A DNA stretch of 64,000 nt, from assembly GCA_000004985.1 (NCBI GenBank), contig GG738854.1. The stretch is one strand, 5' to 3'. A model generated the notes under the pieces. The model saw nothing but the letters and a program-made list of their open reading frames with translations, was not told the DNA's origin and did no database searches. Every line of letters starts with the position of its first letter. Within the stretch, counting starts at the first letter, position 1. This document shows positions 31,072 to 41,135 of the stretch, piece after piece. Source of the stretch: Naegleria gruberi (Eukaryota). The position numbers and the translations under genes are program-made.

Positions 31072-34000
31072 ATGGCGGTTGGGTTCCTAGTGTTGTTAAC
31101 AACAATATCTTGCCAAATTCAGTCCGATGATTTTATATCTACTGCTCCATTAGAAATACCAAACCTTCTGCCTTCCACTTCATCATTTGTAACATATGTG
31201 TATTTGATAGATGAGGAGTTATATAAGGAGTGTACCAATATTACCACATCAACAGGTTTGTAATTTAAAGATCAATTATCCTTAGTCTTTTTTCATAGTT
31301 AAAAGGTTTTCGTGTCCGAGTATTTACAAATCCATTATGCATTTGAATAAGGAAGTAGGTGGTGAAATTATGATGAGAGATATAAAGTTAGTTCTCAAAA
31401 TTGGACGAGTAACAAGTTGTGAGGTTGCTCCTCTCATGGTTCAGACTTTCATTACAATAATTATTGAAAATTTAGAAGAGGATTCATACGGAACAATATC
31501 ATGTTCTTCGAGTAGAAATCCATCATCTATTATTCCTGATGAAACTCTCCTCCAATTCGTCATTTTGAAAAACATGAGGATGGAATATGTGGAAATTGGA
31601 CTATCCTTTCCATCAGAGGTTAGAATACGTCATTGTTACTTTATTAATTCAAAAATAAGTATTAGGAAGGATGAAAGAATGATGTTTTATGATACTCTTA
31701 AAGTGGAAATAAGTGGAGTAACTTCTCTGCAGAGTTATTTCACATTTTTTAAAGTGGACAAACTTCATTTGAGTAATGTTGCTATTGTTAAAGGAAAAAC
31801 AGATACATTTTCTGTTACCAAAAATGGATGGGATTTCAAAGGAGTTAAGGATGTTCTTCTTGAGGATTGTGTAATTAAGGATGTATTGAGAGTTTTGGAG
31901 GGAACAAATACAAATATTACAACTTCATCATTTGAGGGAGACTCATCACTCTATATTTCTCAATCTGACAATCTATTTATTTCCCAAACATTATTCTCTG
32001 ATTCTATATTAGAATCCTTACCAATGTTAATTATTACTTTTGTGAAGGTGGTTGACATTTCTGATTGTACTGTTGAAAGATTAGGTTCTCAATGGCTTTA
32101 TGTCTCTTCAACAGTTGATATAATTTTGATGCGTTTAATTGTTAATGATTGCAAATTGAAGGGCAATTTAGTCTATCTCACTTCTACAAACAAGGTTTTT
32201 ATTAAGAACTCTCTTTTTAAAGACATTACTGGAACTGTGGTTAATATGGCAAATATTGTAACTTTGGAGTTGAAAAATTCGACTTTCCATTCGTGCCATA
32301 GTAGAATACACGAATCGATTGTGATACTGAACACTAATGAAGTATTTTCAGCTAGTGCAACTAATGAAAAATCGATTATTTGGGGATCAAGATTTATCAA
32401 GTGTTCAGGGTCCAGGGGAGGAGCAATCTTCTTGAGTTCTTTTTATAAGGTTGATATTAACAGGTGTGAATTCATAGCAAATAGTGCACCAAGTGGGAGT
32501 GCAATATACTCGGATAGTAGAAGGGGAATGATTTATACAGCTACAGGGCTGGAACCTACCATCTCCATCTTTCATTCACTATTTCAAGAGAATGGAGACC
32601 CAACTTTTGGGTCAACATCCTCTGGAGGAGCCATTCACGTTAAGGGAAGCATATATATTGAACAATGTACATTTATTGCCAATTATGCTGTTAAGGGTGG
32701 TGTAATTTATATTGACAAATCAGATTCCACCTTTTACTTTAGTCAATACGAACAAAAGTTAGCAGTATTGGTTGCTAGAAGTGAATTTCAGAATAACACA
32801 GCAAATTTTGGAGAAATTTCCTTCACTGAACTACCTGATCCATCACTAATCTATTTCAAAACCAATATTGTTGTATTTAATCCAACTTCTCTGGGATCAC
32901 CTTGTACCAAGCTAATTATTGATAATACGCAATCTGAACGAGGAAATGTTTACAATGGAACATTAATGGTTTACATGGGAGAGAATGTGAATATAAACAT
33001 GATTGCTTCTAATTTATACGGATACATATTCCCAAAACCATACACAATTATTGGAATTAGGACTCCTGGATCTTCCAAGATATTTGTCAAAACATTAGAT
33101 GATGAAGATCATGTTGAAAATCAAACATTTAACAAATCCTTCTCACTCTATTCACATTATGAAATTTCCTCTCATGAAGATTTGGAGATTTTCATTTCTT
33201 ATGATAAGGTTCATATATCACTCAACTTGATTGTAACACCTTGTCCATTATTCTACAAGTGGGAATCTCCTGTTTGTGTTAATATTTTCTACTTGATTCC
33301 AACTGTTGCTTCAGTCACTTTGTTGACGATAGTTATTGGACTTGTAGCAATTGTTGCTTGTTGTATTGCAAGAAACAAGACAAAGAGATGGAATAGTCGA
33401 AAGAAGGCAGAAAGAATAATGGAACAAGCTCTACTTGATAAAAGAGTTATCTTTGAGGAAGATGAAGAGTCTAGCTCATGTAATTTGAATCGACCTTTCA
33501 TAATCTCAGCAGAAGATATTGTAATTGTAAAGAAAATTGGTGAGGGAGGTGCTGCTAATGTTTTCCTTGCTAAATGGAAAGGTCAAGAAGTTGCCATTAA
33601 AACTCTTAAAGAATGTTTCAGAGGAGACAATGAGGTTTTGGAAACAGAAGCTGCCTTGATTAGTAGTTTCCTTCATCCGAATGTGATTAGATTTTGGGGA
33701 TTTTGTGCCTCATCCTCTCAGAAATACATGGTCATGGAGTATATGAAAGGAGGAAGTTTGGAGAATCTGATTCAGAGTTGTAAAATTGGAAAGGAAAAGT
33801 TGTCCCTCTATGAAAAGCTTCAAATTCTGATTGGGGTAGCTAAAGGAATGGCTTATCTGCATGGCTTGAAACCATGTTGTGTTCACCGTGACTTGAAACC
33901 TGGAAATATTCTGTTGGATGAAAATCGAATCAGTAAGGTTGGAGATTTTGGTTTATCCAGACTCATTTCAAATACCTATCAGACCAGTTTTACAACGAAT

Positions 34001-34615
34001 GTGGGTACTTTATTCTATATGGCACCAGAAAACTTTTCTGATAATACCTTCTCTGAAGATTCATTGGGAATGTCTGGTTTTTCACACACAACCTACCAAA
34101 CTACAAATATGACCAACAATACTCATCATTCCATCCAATCATACTATTCAGAGACAGAGTCAGCAGTAGATCAATCGGCAACTATACAAGAATCAGAGAC
34201 CTCTGAGAAGAAACTATTGAATGCTTCAAAGGTTGATGTTTACAGTTATGCAGTGATTATGTGGTCACTCTTCTTTGAGGAAAGTCCTTATGGAAACTAC
34301 AATACTAAGAAGATGAACTTTTTTGGAGATAGTAATGATAACTTTACTAATTGTTACACTGTTTTACCATTGATTCTTCAAGGTAAGAGACCTACAGTAC
34401 CATTTAATTCTGTTGAGAAGATGAAGAGATGGCTTGATGTGTTTGTACTCCCAAAAGAATTAGGAAAGGACAGAGAACATTTATCTAAAATTGTTTTTAG
34501 ATATCTCAACATGATGAAGCTGTGTTGGCATCCACAGCCAGAAGAGCGTCCACCATTTGATCAAATAGTTCCAGAACTGGAAGATTTAGCTGAGCAACTC
34601 CAATACAATAATTGA
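31072..34615 (+). CDS. receptor-like protein kinase: signal peptide, beta-helix ectodomain with Pmp-like 'GGAI' repeats, TM, TKL-type kinase domain; 2 exons
   Basis: Exon 1 is 31072..31255 (ATG in 'aataATGgcg', signal peptide 'MAVGFLVLLTTISCQIQS'). The intron is 31256..31298 (GTTTGT..TTTTTCATAG, 43 nt, phase 1). Exon 2 is 31299..34615, in frame with the 1092-aa track ORF. Ectodomain repeats: 'GGAIFLSSF', 'SGSAIYSDS', 'GGAIHVKGSIYIEQCTFIANYAVKGGVIYID'. TM 'IPTVASVTLLTIVIGLVAIVACCIA'. Kinase motifs: 'IGEGGAANVFLAKWKGQEVAIKTLK', 'HRDLKPGNILL', 'DFGLSR', 'YMAPE'. Confidence 0.65.
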
Positions 34616-34764
34616 CAACTCAATTGAAATTCCTCCACATTCTCTCCAAGGATCGTTTTTCAATAGCATACGGAACTTCAAGAACTCCTCTCAAAATCTT
34701 TAAAATATCAAGACCCATACTGTAATGAACATAAGTTAACAATAAACTATTGATATTGCACAAC

Positions 34765-35765
34765 TTACAATATTCCAATAATTCCTGCAATTTGGCCTAA
34801 AAGACCTTCCATCGTTGAAGTAACCATTTCAGTAATTACATTAACATTCAATGTTGAATAAGCAACTGAAATTACCACTTCATCTCCATCGAATTGAGTT
34901 AATTCCACGATGGATAACTGAGGATGCCATCTCACTGAATTAATTCCTCCTTCGGTATTTGGTTTTAGTCTATTTGTGATAACCTTTGTCAAGATGAAAT
35001 AATTGTCCACTCCAGAAATTGCATAATTGGTCTCTGCAAATACATTAGGTACTGTTCCAGTTTCGTGAAAAGAAACTTGCAAACCAAATCTTGAATCTCT
35101 ATTTTCAGGAACAAAAGGGACATGAAAATAGAATGAAATAGTTCCTGCATATCCAATATCAGTAGCTTAAATTGTGAATGAGATTTTTCCTTGCTCGTTA
35201 ATCACTTACCATTCAAAAGTGATTGGCTCACATTATTGAATACATAACAATTGAACAATTGACCATTCTGAAAAAGCACAACTCTATCATAATGAGGATC
35301 CAAATTTTCCACAATTCCCAATGTAGAATTCACTTTCGTTGCAAACTTTAACGTTAAATTACAATAATCACAATCCAACATTGCATTCCAGTTACAAACA
35401 GTAATAGCTGGAAACGGTAAAGGAACTGACTCGATAAATGTTGTGGCTGTTGTTGGATTACTAATACTCTGCACAAATTGTTCGGAAGAGTCAACAATAT
35501 ACCATATACACATTGCTGTTGCTATGAACCACCCAATGCATGTTATTGCTCTGCTCACCTTAGTGTACATCCATGTTTTCTTCTTCTTTTTCCTCCGTTC
35601 TTGAAGTGTTTGCTGTATTTGCTGAATTTGCCTCACTTGTTCCATTCTGATTTCGGAATCCTGCACTCCATCATCACACACAGGACCTACTTGAACCTGA
35701 ATCCCAGACAACGTCTCGAACGTTGTAGAATTGGAACATTTCTCCTCCTCATTGTTTGTTGCCAT
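34765..35765 (-). CDS. two-TM membrane protein with an ENaC/degenerin-like post-TM1 'FPAITVC' motif (tentative family), 2 exons; paralog 1 of a tandem pair
   Basis: Exon 1 is 35765..35210 (ATG at 35765). The intron is 35209..35166 (GTAAGT..TTTAAG, 44 nt, phase 1). Exon 2 is 35165..34765; about 318 aa. Cytoplasmic N-tail with a K-run, TM1 'AITCIGWFIATAMCIWYIV', then 'SVPLPFPAITVCNWNAMLDCDYCN' (compare ENaC 'FPAVTIC'), a Cys-containing ectodomain and a C-terminal hydrophobic segment 'EGLLGQIAGIIGIL'. Confidence 0.55.
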
Positions 35766-36030
35766 TTTTTTTATTAAGGTTTTTGCATTTCCTTTAGCAG
35801 CTTTTTTAGTAGGTTTGGAAAGTTCATTGTCGGAATTGGTTATTGATTCAATAGTGATTGCAAGATGCTATTTTCTTATATTTGACTTGAAAGATTTGGT
35901 TGATATCTATTTCAATATTTGAGATGGTTAATTAAAGTTATCCCAAACTCTTCGTATTGACCGATGTTTCACAGAATAGGGAATTACAAGAATTCCTCTT
36001 AGAAATTTCAATACATCCAATCCCATACTA

Positions 36031-36847
36031 TCAACAAGCAAAAATTACAAAGCCAACTCTTAATAATAAACTTACAAAATTCCAACCATGCCAGCAATTT
36101 GCCCTAACAACCTTCAACGAAGTTGTGTAAATTTCTGAAATTTGTCTCAAATTCATAGAAGCATAAGCTACCGAAATAACAATGATATCATCATGTGTAT
36201 CGGTGAGTTCTATAAAGGACAATACTGATTCCCAACGAACCGAATGTAAGCCATCTTCTTTCGTTGGTTTCAATCTTGTGGTTAACACTTTTGTAACAGA
36301 AAAGAAATTGTCTACATTTGGAATGGCAAAGTTTGTCTCTGAAAAAACATTTGGCACAGTTCCAATCTCATGAAATGAAATTTGCAGACCGAATCTTCCA
36401 TCCAAACTCTGGGGCACGAGAGGGAGCTTAAAGTAGAATGTTAAAGTTCCAGAATATCCAACATCCTTTGCTGTTTCGAATGAGAATTATCCGCATAAAT
36501 TCAAATACGAACCTTCAACAGGATTCATCGACCTATTATTAAATACTAAACATTGAAATGGCTGTTCGTGCTGAACTACCACCTTACTATCATATTCCAT
36601 TGTGTAATTCTCCACAAAACCAGTTTCACTATTCACTCTCGTCAAGTGTTCCAAAGAAAGGGAGCAAAACTCACAATCATGCAAAGCATTCCAATTACAA
36701 ACAGTCATTGCAGGATAATATAAAGGAACCGAATCAACATAGGATGTTGCTGTGGTCGGATTTTCAAGTGCCGAGATGAAATTCGTTATTATATGAATAG
36801 GCAATATAAAATCCACAAACTCCCATCGCCACAATCCATCCAGCCAT
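36031..36847 (-). pseudogene. paralog 2 of the ENaC-like two-TM gene, disrupted by a 1-nt frameshift just after TM1
   Basis: Same two-exon structure (intron 36512..36471, GTTCGT..AAACAG, 42 nt). TM1 'MAGWIVAMGVCGFYIAYSYNNEF' reads in one frame and hits TGA; 'ISALENPTTATSYVDSVPLYYPAMTVCNWNALHDCEFC' continues in the adjacent frame, with an extra C at 'gaattt-c-atctcg' near 36777-36782. Further upstream (36949..37224) is a third frame with a His-rich tract, so the N-terminus is also unclear. Confidence 0.45.
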
Positions 36848-37340
36848 TGTGATTAATTCTCCAAAGTGAGGCAATCTGATACTCCAGTTTTTCCTTAATT
36901 GTGTCCATTTACTTTTATTAAGGGTGCCCTGCAAATTGGTATTATTTCCTATTGTCTGATGATTAAGTTGATGATGATGATTATTATTGAATAATTTTCG
37001 TGATGATGAAGATGACGACCATGATGATGATGATTGATGATGTGATGAGGTGCCTTCTTTGGCGACCTTCCAACCTCTATATAAACACTATCTGAACTGA
37101 GAATCGACTTGTCTCTTCTTGGAAACGAAGTGTGCATTTTTTTGAGTGTTGTTAAGGGAAGTTTGAATACGGATTTGGAGTTCCATAGCCATAACTGAAA
37201 CATTGTTGTAGAAAGAAAATTCATTTCTTGGGTTATGATATATTGGTGAAGATGAATTGGAGGGTTGCTGCTTATTCCAGATGTCTACAACCAGCACACT
37301 ATGGAAAGAATATAAAAGAATAATTTTTTAAATATGCGAA

Positions 37341-37425
37341 GCTCATATAGCTCAGTGGTAGAGCATTTGTCTTATGAGAACTTAAGGTTAGCAGATGGCC
37401 GAGGGTTCGACCCCCTCTATGAGCA
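37341..37425 (+). tRNA. tRNA-Ile (anticodon UAU) with 13-nt intron
   Basis: Acceptor GCTCATA/TATGAGC, D-arm GCTCAGTGGTAGAGC, anticodon stem TTTGT/GCAGA (two G-U pairs), loop CT-TAT-G[intron AGAACTTAAGGTT at 37377-37389]A, variable TGGCC, T-arm GAGGG-TTCGACC-CCCTC, discriminator A. Eukaryotic tRNA-Ile(UAU) characteristically carries an intron. Followed by 'aattttttgc'. Confidence 0.8.
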
Positions 37426-37781
37426 GTTCAAATTTTTTGCTTTTTAGTAGTGTTAAAGATTTATTAGAAGATTTCAATTCCAATTAATTAGCTCCAATCT
37501 TTTGTAGAGAATAAGAAATCTTTACGAGGTTGTTTTTGAGAATACTTTCTCTTGACTACCATGGAATGCGAATCTCTTTGATTCCACTTCATACTGGTAA
37601 CCTGAATATTGTCCAACTTGTTTTTAAGTGGTTTGTCAGATACGTGGTGTAAATAGGGTTCGTCCTGGCCAAATGACTTTCCAGATGAAGATCTGCCAGA
37701 AGAGCTCCAAGGAGACAATTGTCCAAAACGAAAGCTTTGTAAAGAGATTAGGTTAGGTAATATAAAGCAAAAAATTTGAAC

Positions 37782-37866
37782 TGCTCATAGAGGGGGTCGA
37801 ACCCTCGGCCATCTGCTAACCTTAAGTTCTCATAAGACAAATGCTCTACCACTGAGCTATATGAGC
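37782..37866 (-). tRNA. tRNA-Ile (anticodon UAU) with 13-nt intron, inverted duplicate
   Basis: Exact reverse complement of the 37341-37425 copy, convergent (tail-to-tail) with it. Confidence 0.8.
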
Positions 37867-38059
37867 TTCGCATATTTAAAAAATTATTCTTTTATATTCT
37901 TACCCATTCAACTTTTCTTGTCTCTTTATGGTTTGATGCTACATTTCAGAACCAACATTCATTCCTTTCTGGCCAGAATAAAAATTTAGAAAGATTATTT
38001 GATGAAATTGTTTACAAATTTAATGTAATCATCAATTTGTTCGTTTCAAAACAAAAAAA

Positions 38060-39079
38060 ATGATCAATCGCGATAATGATGAAGATAAAGTTTCTTTCAC
38101 CTTCTTTAATTTCACTCAATCCGAAGTCTGCAATCCTCTTTATGCTAAACTTCGTGAAAAACTTTCGTCCAACAAGAGCAAAACCTTCTCCATGCAATTT
38201 ACTCCCCACAAAACGATTGGCTATCAAAGGCCTATAATTACCGAGGACGGAGATGTGGAAGAAGTTTCTAATGAAGAGAACAAGTTGAAACTTCATTATC
38301 CTTCCGATATTAAAATTGCTCGCCATCATGGTTGTCTTGTAATTGCTGATGATCATAATGATAGAATAGTATTTCTCAATTTGGATAATTATCAATTGAG
38401 GACTGAATTTATTTTGGAAGAGAATGTCACTGATTTTTGGATTGAGTCTGATAGTGCTGGAAATGAATATATTTATTTTGGAGATAATGGAATTACTTTT
38501 AAATTTAATATTGCCAAATTGGTTGAACATGCACAAGTCAAGTTGAAAGATATAGAGCCTATGTGGAAGATTTCTGAAAAACTGTCTGGATCTATAATGG
38601 TAATACATGATACAAGTAGAAAGGAAAAGGTAGTATTGAGATGGAACAATGATGCACAAGGATTAAATGCTCATAGAGATTGTGATGGTTCTCTATTGGC
38701 CAAATATCCAGTCTTGTCGTTGTGTGATTCTCCTGGACTGTTTGCCATTTCAAATTCAGAATTCATTGCTCTCAATCACGAATCTAATATGGTCTTTAAA
38801 ATTACATTTACCGATGGCAAATGTGAAAACTCAGACATGTTTCAAGTACAAAATCATTGGAAACATCCACTTTCGGTTGCAAAAGAATTGAATCAACCTA
38901 GAATTTACATCTCAGATTATGGAAATAAGAGGATTGTTGTGTGGGACTTGTTGCAGGGGTGTGAAATTAAAATTCACCACGAGGAACATCTCCATCCATT
39001 TGGAATTTTCTATGACGATCAATCTGGACTACTCTATGTTGTCGATCAACAAGCTTCTATCATTCGAGTGTATCAGTAA
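38060..39079 (+). CDS. NHL-repeat-like beta-propeller protein (hypothetical)
   Basis: 339-aa ATG ORF after an A8 run. Repeated 'hydrophobic-x-V/I-x-D-x-x-N-x-R-I-V-V-W/F' blades: 'HHGCLVIADDHNDRIVFLNLD', 'PRIYISDYGNKRIVVWDL', 'GLLYVVDQQASIIRVYQ'. Confidence 0.5.
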   Translation: MINRDNDEDKVSFTFFNFTQSEVCNPLYAKLREKLSSNKSKTFSMQFTPHKTIGYQRPIITEDGDVEEVSNEENKLKLHYPSDIKIARHHGCLVIADDHNDRIVFLNLDNYQLRTEFILEENVTDFWIESDSAGNEYIYFGDNGITFKFNIAKLVEHAQVKLKDIEPMWKISEKLSGSIMVIHDTSRKEKVVLRWNNDAQGLNAHRDCDGSLLAKYPVLSLCDSPGLFAISNSEFIALNHESNMVFKITFTDGKCENSDMFQVQNHWKHPLSVAKELNQPRIYISDYGNKRIVVWDLLQGCEIKIHHEEHLHPFGIFYDDQSGLLYVVDQQASIIRVYQ

Positions 39080-39208
39080 ATACTTTAAACCACAAGATAT
39101 TGTAAACTAGAGTCTCTCCGCATTGTAATCGAAAGATTCGTAGTAGTATTTCACCGATTGTTCCACTATGTGATCATATGATTGGTGAAACAATTTGCGT
39201 GGATAAAA

Positions 39209-41025
39209 ATGGAGGGTGAAATTTTTATGATTGTTGAAAAAAAAATGACAACAAACAATCGCACGAAAATTATTTATTGCACAACTTTGTTGGTCGTTGT
39301 GCTCTCGTTAATGATGACGGTTGGAGTGCAAGGAGCCGATGATTTATTTCTCGTTGTTCGTCCATCATCATCTTCCCCAATGAAGAGAAGTTTGGATTCA
39401 TTTTACATGTTGCCAAAGGCTAAAATTAATCTTCTCGGAGGAGATGAAGTACATGCTCATGTACACTATGATGAGACAACTAACAAGACTGGGTGGGCCT
39501 TGTTGAGTCTTACAACAAATCCTGATGAAACAGATGCTGATCAAGCTTTTGCTGCTGGTTTTGTTGAAGGTATGTTGTTGGTAAAATGGAATTCATCAAT
39601 ATTCATGGAAATCATTTGAATGCACAGGTTATGTAACTGCCAATTTAATGGAAACCTATTGGCCTGGATTTAACAATGCAAGCTATACTCCAAGTTTGGA
39701 TCCTCAACTCAATCAATTTTTGGATGACAATTTACGTTTCATGAGAAGAAAAATTGCTGAATCTAGAAATGGAAATACCAATGAAAAACTTTATTGGACT
39801 CATGTAGGTTTGGTTTTGGATCAAGTTGAAGGTCTCTATGCTGGCTATTTAAAAAAAATGGCTGAACAATTCAAAACACCAACATTGACACTTCTAGAAA
39901 TGCTCAAATTCCAAGTAGCTGCTGACACTGATGACTTGTATTCCAAGTGGCAACCAACAAATTTTGACAATATGAGCAAGGAAGAAATTGAAAAATATAC
40001 ACTCCTTCACACAAGATGCACTGCATTCATCAAGTATAGTGAAGACAAGAAGAATCTTTTCCTTACTCATGCCACCTGGGCTCCTTATCAATACATGTTG
40101 AGAATTTACAAACATTACAGAATTAATTTTAAGGATACACCTGCCAAGTTGGTCAGCTTTTCTTCATCACCTGGATGGTTGGCTAGTGGTGATGATTTCT
40201 ACATTACTAGTGCTGGACTTATTGTTACTGAAACAACAAACTCCATCTATAATCAAACATTGTACAATTATGTTACATCAGAAACTGTATTATATTGGAT
40301 GAGAAATATTGTTGCAAACAGATTAGCCAACTCTGCCAAAGAATGGACTGAACTCTTTGCCAAATATAATAGGTATGTATTTTTAACAAAATGAATGTTA
40401 AATCCAGAACCACTATAGTGGCACTTATAACAATCAATGGATGATTATTGACACTAAGAAATTTGTACCAGGAGCTGATAAATCAGATCCAGAATTATTC
40501 TATATTTTGGAACAAATTCCAGGAGATTGTATGAGTGCTTCAATGAGTCACATTCTCGATGAAAGATATTGGCCATCATTCAATCTTCCTTACTTCTCAT
40601 ATATTTTTAATGTTAGTGGATATCCAGAAAAATTGAAAAAGTATGGAGACTTTTTCAGTTATGACAAGTGTCCTAGAGCTAAGATTTTCAAACGTGATGC
40701 ACCTTCAGTCAATACCATTGAGGATGTCAAGAAATTGATCAGATATAATGACTATCAACATGATCCACTTTCATTAGGAGATGCATGCCATCAAATTGCA
40801 TCCAGATGTGATTTGAATCCTGGAGGCTCAGCATTTGGTGCTATTGATGCTAAAGTTACTGACATTGCCTTTGCTAGAAGAAACTTTGCTTTTGCTCAAT
40901 CTGGACCAACTCACGACCAAGAACCAGTATTCAAGTGGAATAATGTTAATAGCCCAGCTAATCCACATCCTGGACAACCTGTTGAATTTGATTTTAATTG
41001 GGTATCTATGGCTCCAATATATTAA
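39209..41025 (+). CDS. phospholipase B-like protein (PLBD/LAMA family), 3 exons
   Basis: Exon 1 is 39209 (or ATG 39245, 'gaaaaaaaaATGaca', signal peptide MTTNNRTKIIYCTTLLVVVLSLMMTVGVQG)..39569. Intron 1 is 39570..39627 (GTATGT..CACAG, 58 nt, phase 1). Exon 2 is 39628..40372. Intron 2 is 40373..40418 (GTATGT..CTATAG, 46 nt, phase 2). Exon 3 is 40419..41025. The junction recreates the family motif 'YNSGTYNNQWMIID'. Other motifs: 'YWTHVGLVLDQVEGLYAGY', 'THATWAPYQYMLRIYKHY', 'SSPGWLASGDDFYITSAGLIVTETT'. Confidence 0.75.
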
Positions 41026-41135
41026 TTTTATAATATTGAGCTCAAGAGAGAACGATTTGAATTTCCCTTATATTATTAGTAATAAATTTAAAATATAAAA
41101 AAATGCAGAGACTTTAGGTACAAATTCTTGAAAAA

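Larger units (their letters stand above)
37306..37901. repeat. palindromic inverted duplication: two 138-bp arms (37306-37443 and 37764-37901) around a 320-bp spacer, each arm carrying a tRNA-Ile gene
   Basis: The reverse complement of 37764-37901 equals 37306-37443 over every position checked by eye: about 35 nt of 5' flank ('aagaatataaaagaataattttttaaatatgcgaa'), the 85-nt pre-tRNA, and about 18 nt of 3' flank including the T6 terminator. The arms diverge immediately outside. Confidence 0.75.

Noticed and set aside
30922-31263. 113-aa ORF upstream of the receptor kinase taken as a separate gene
   Set aside because: Only its 3' part (31072-31255) is coding, and that part is exon 1 (signal peptide) of the downstream kinase gene. 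The 5' part is a His/Ser-rich reading of intergenic DNA.
37488-37718. 76-aa ORF in the spacer of the tRNA-Ile palindrome
   Set aside because: It is short, has no A-rich start context and sits between two Pol III genes. It is more likely non-coding spacer.
38012-38659. 215-aa minus-strand ORF overlapping the NHL-like gene
   Set aside because: It is antisense to a well-formed ATG gene and has I/F/N-rich low-complexity AT-codon composition and no start context.
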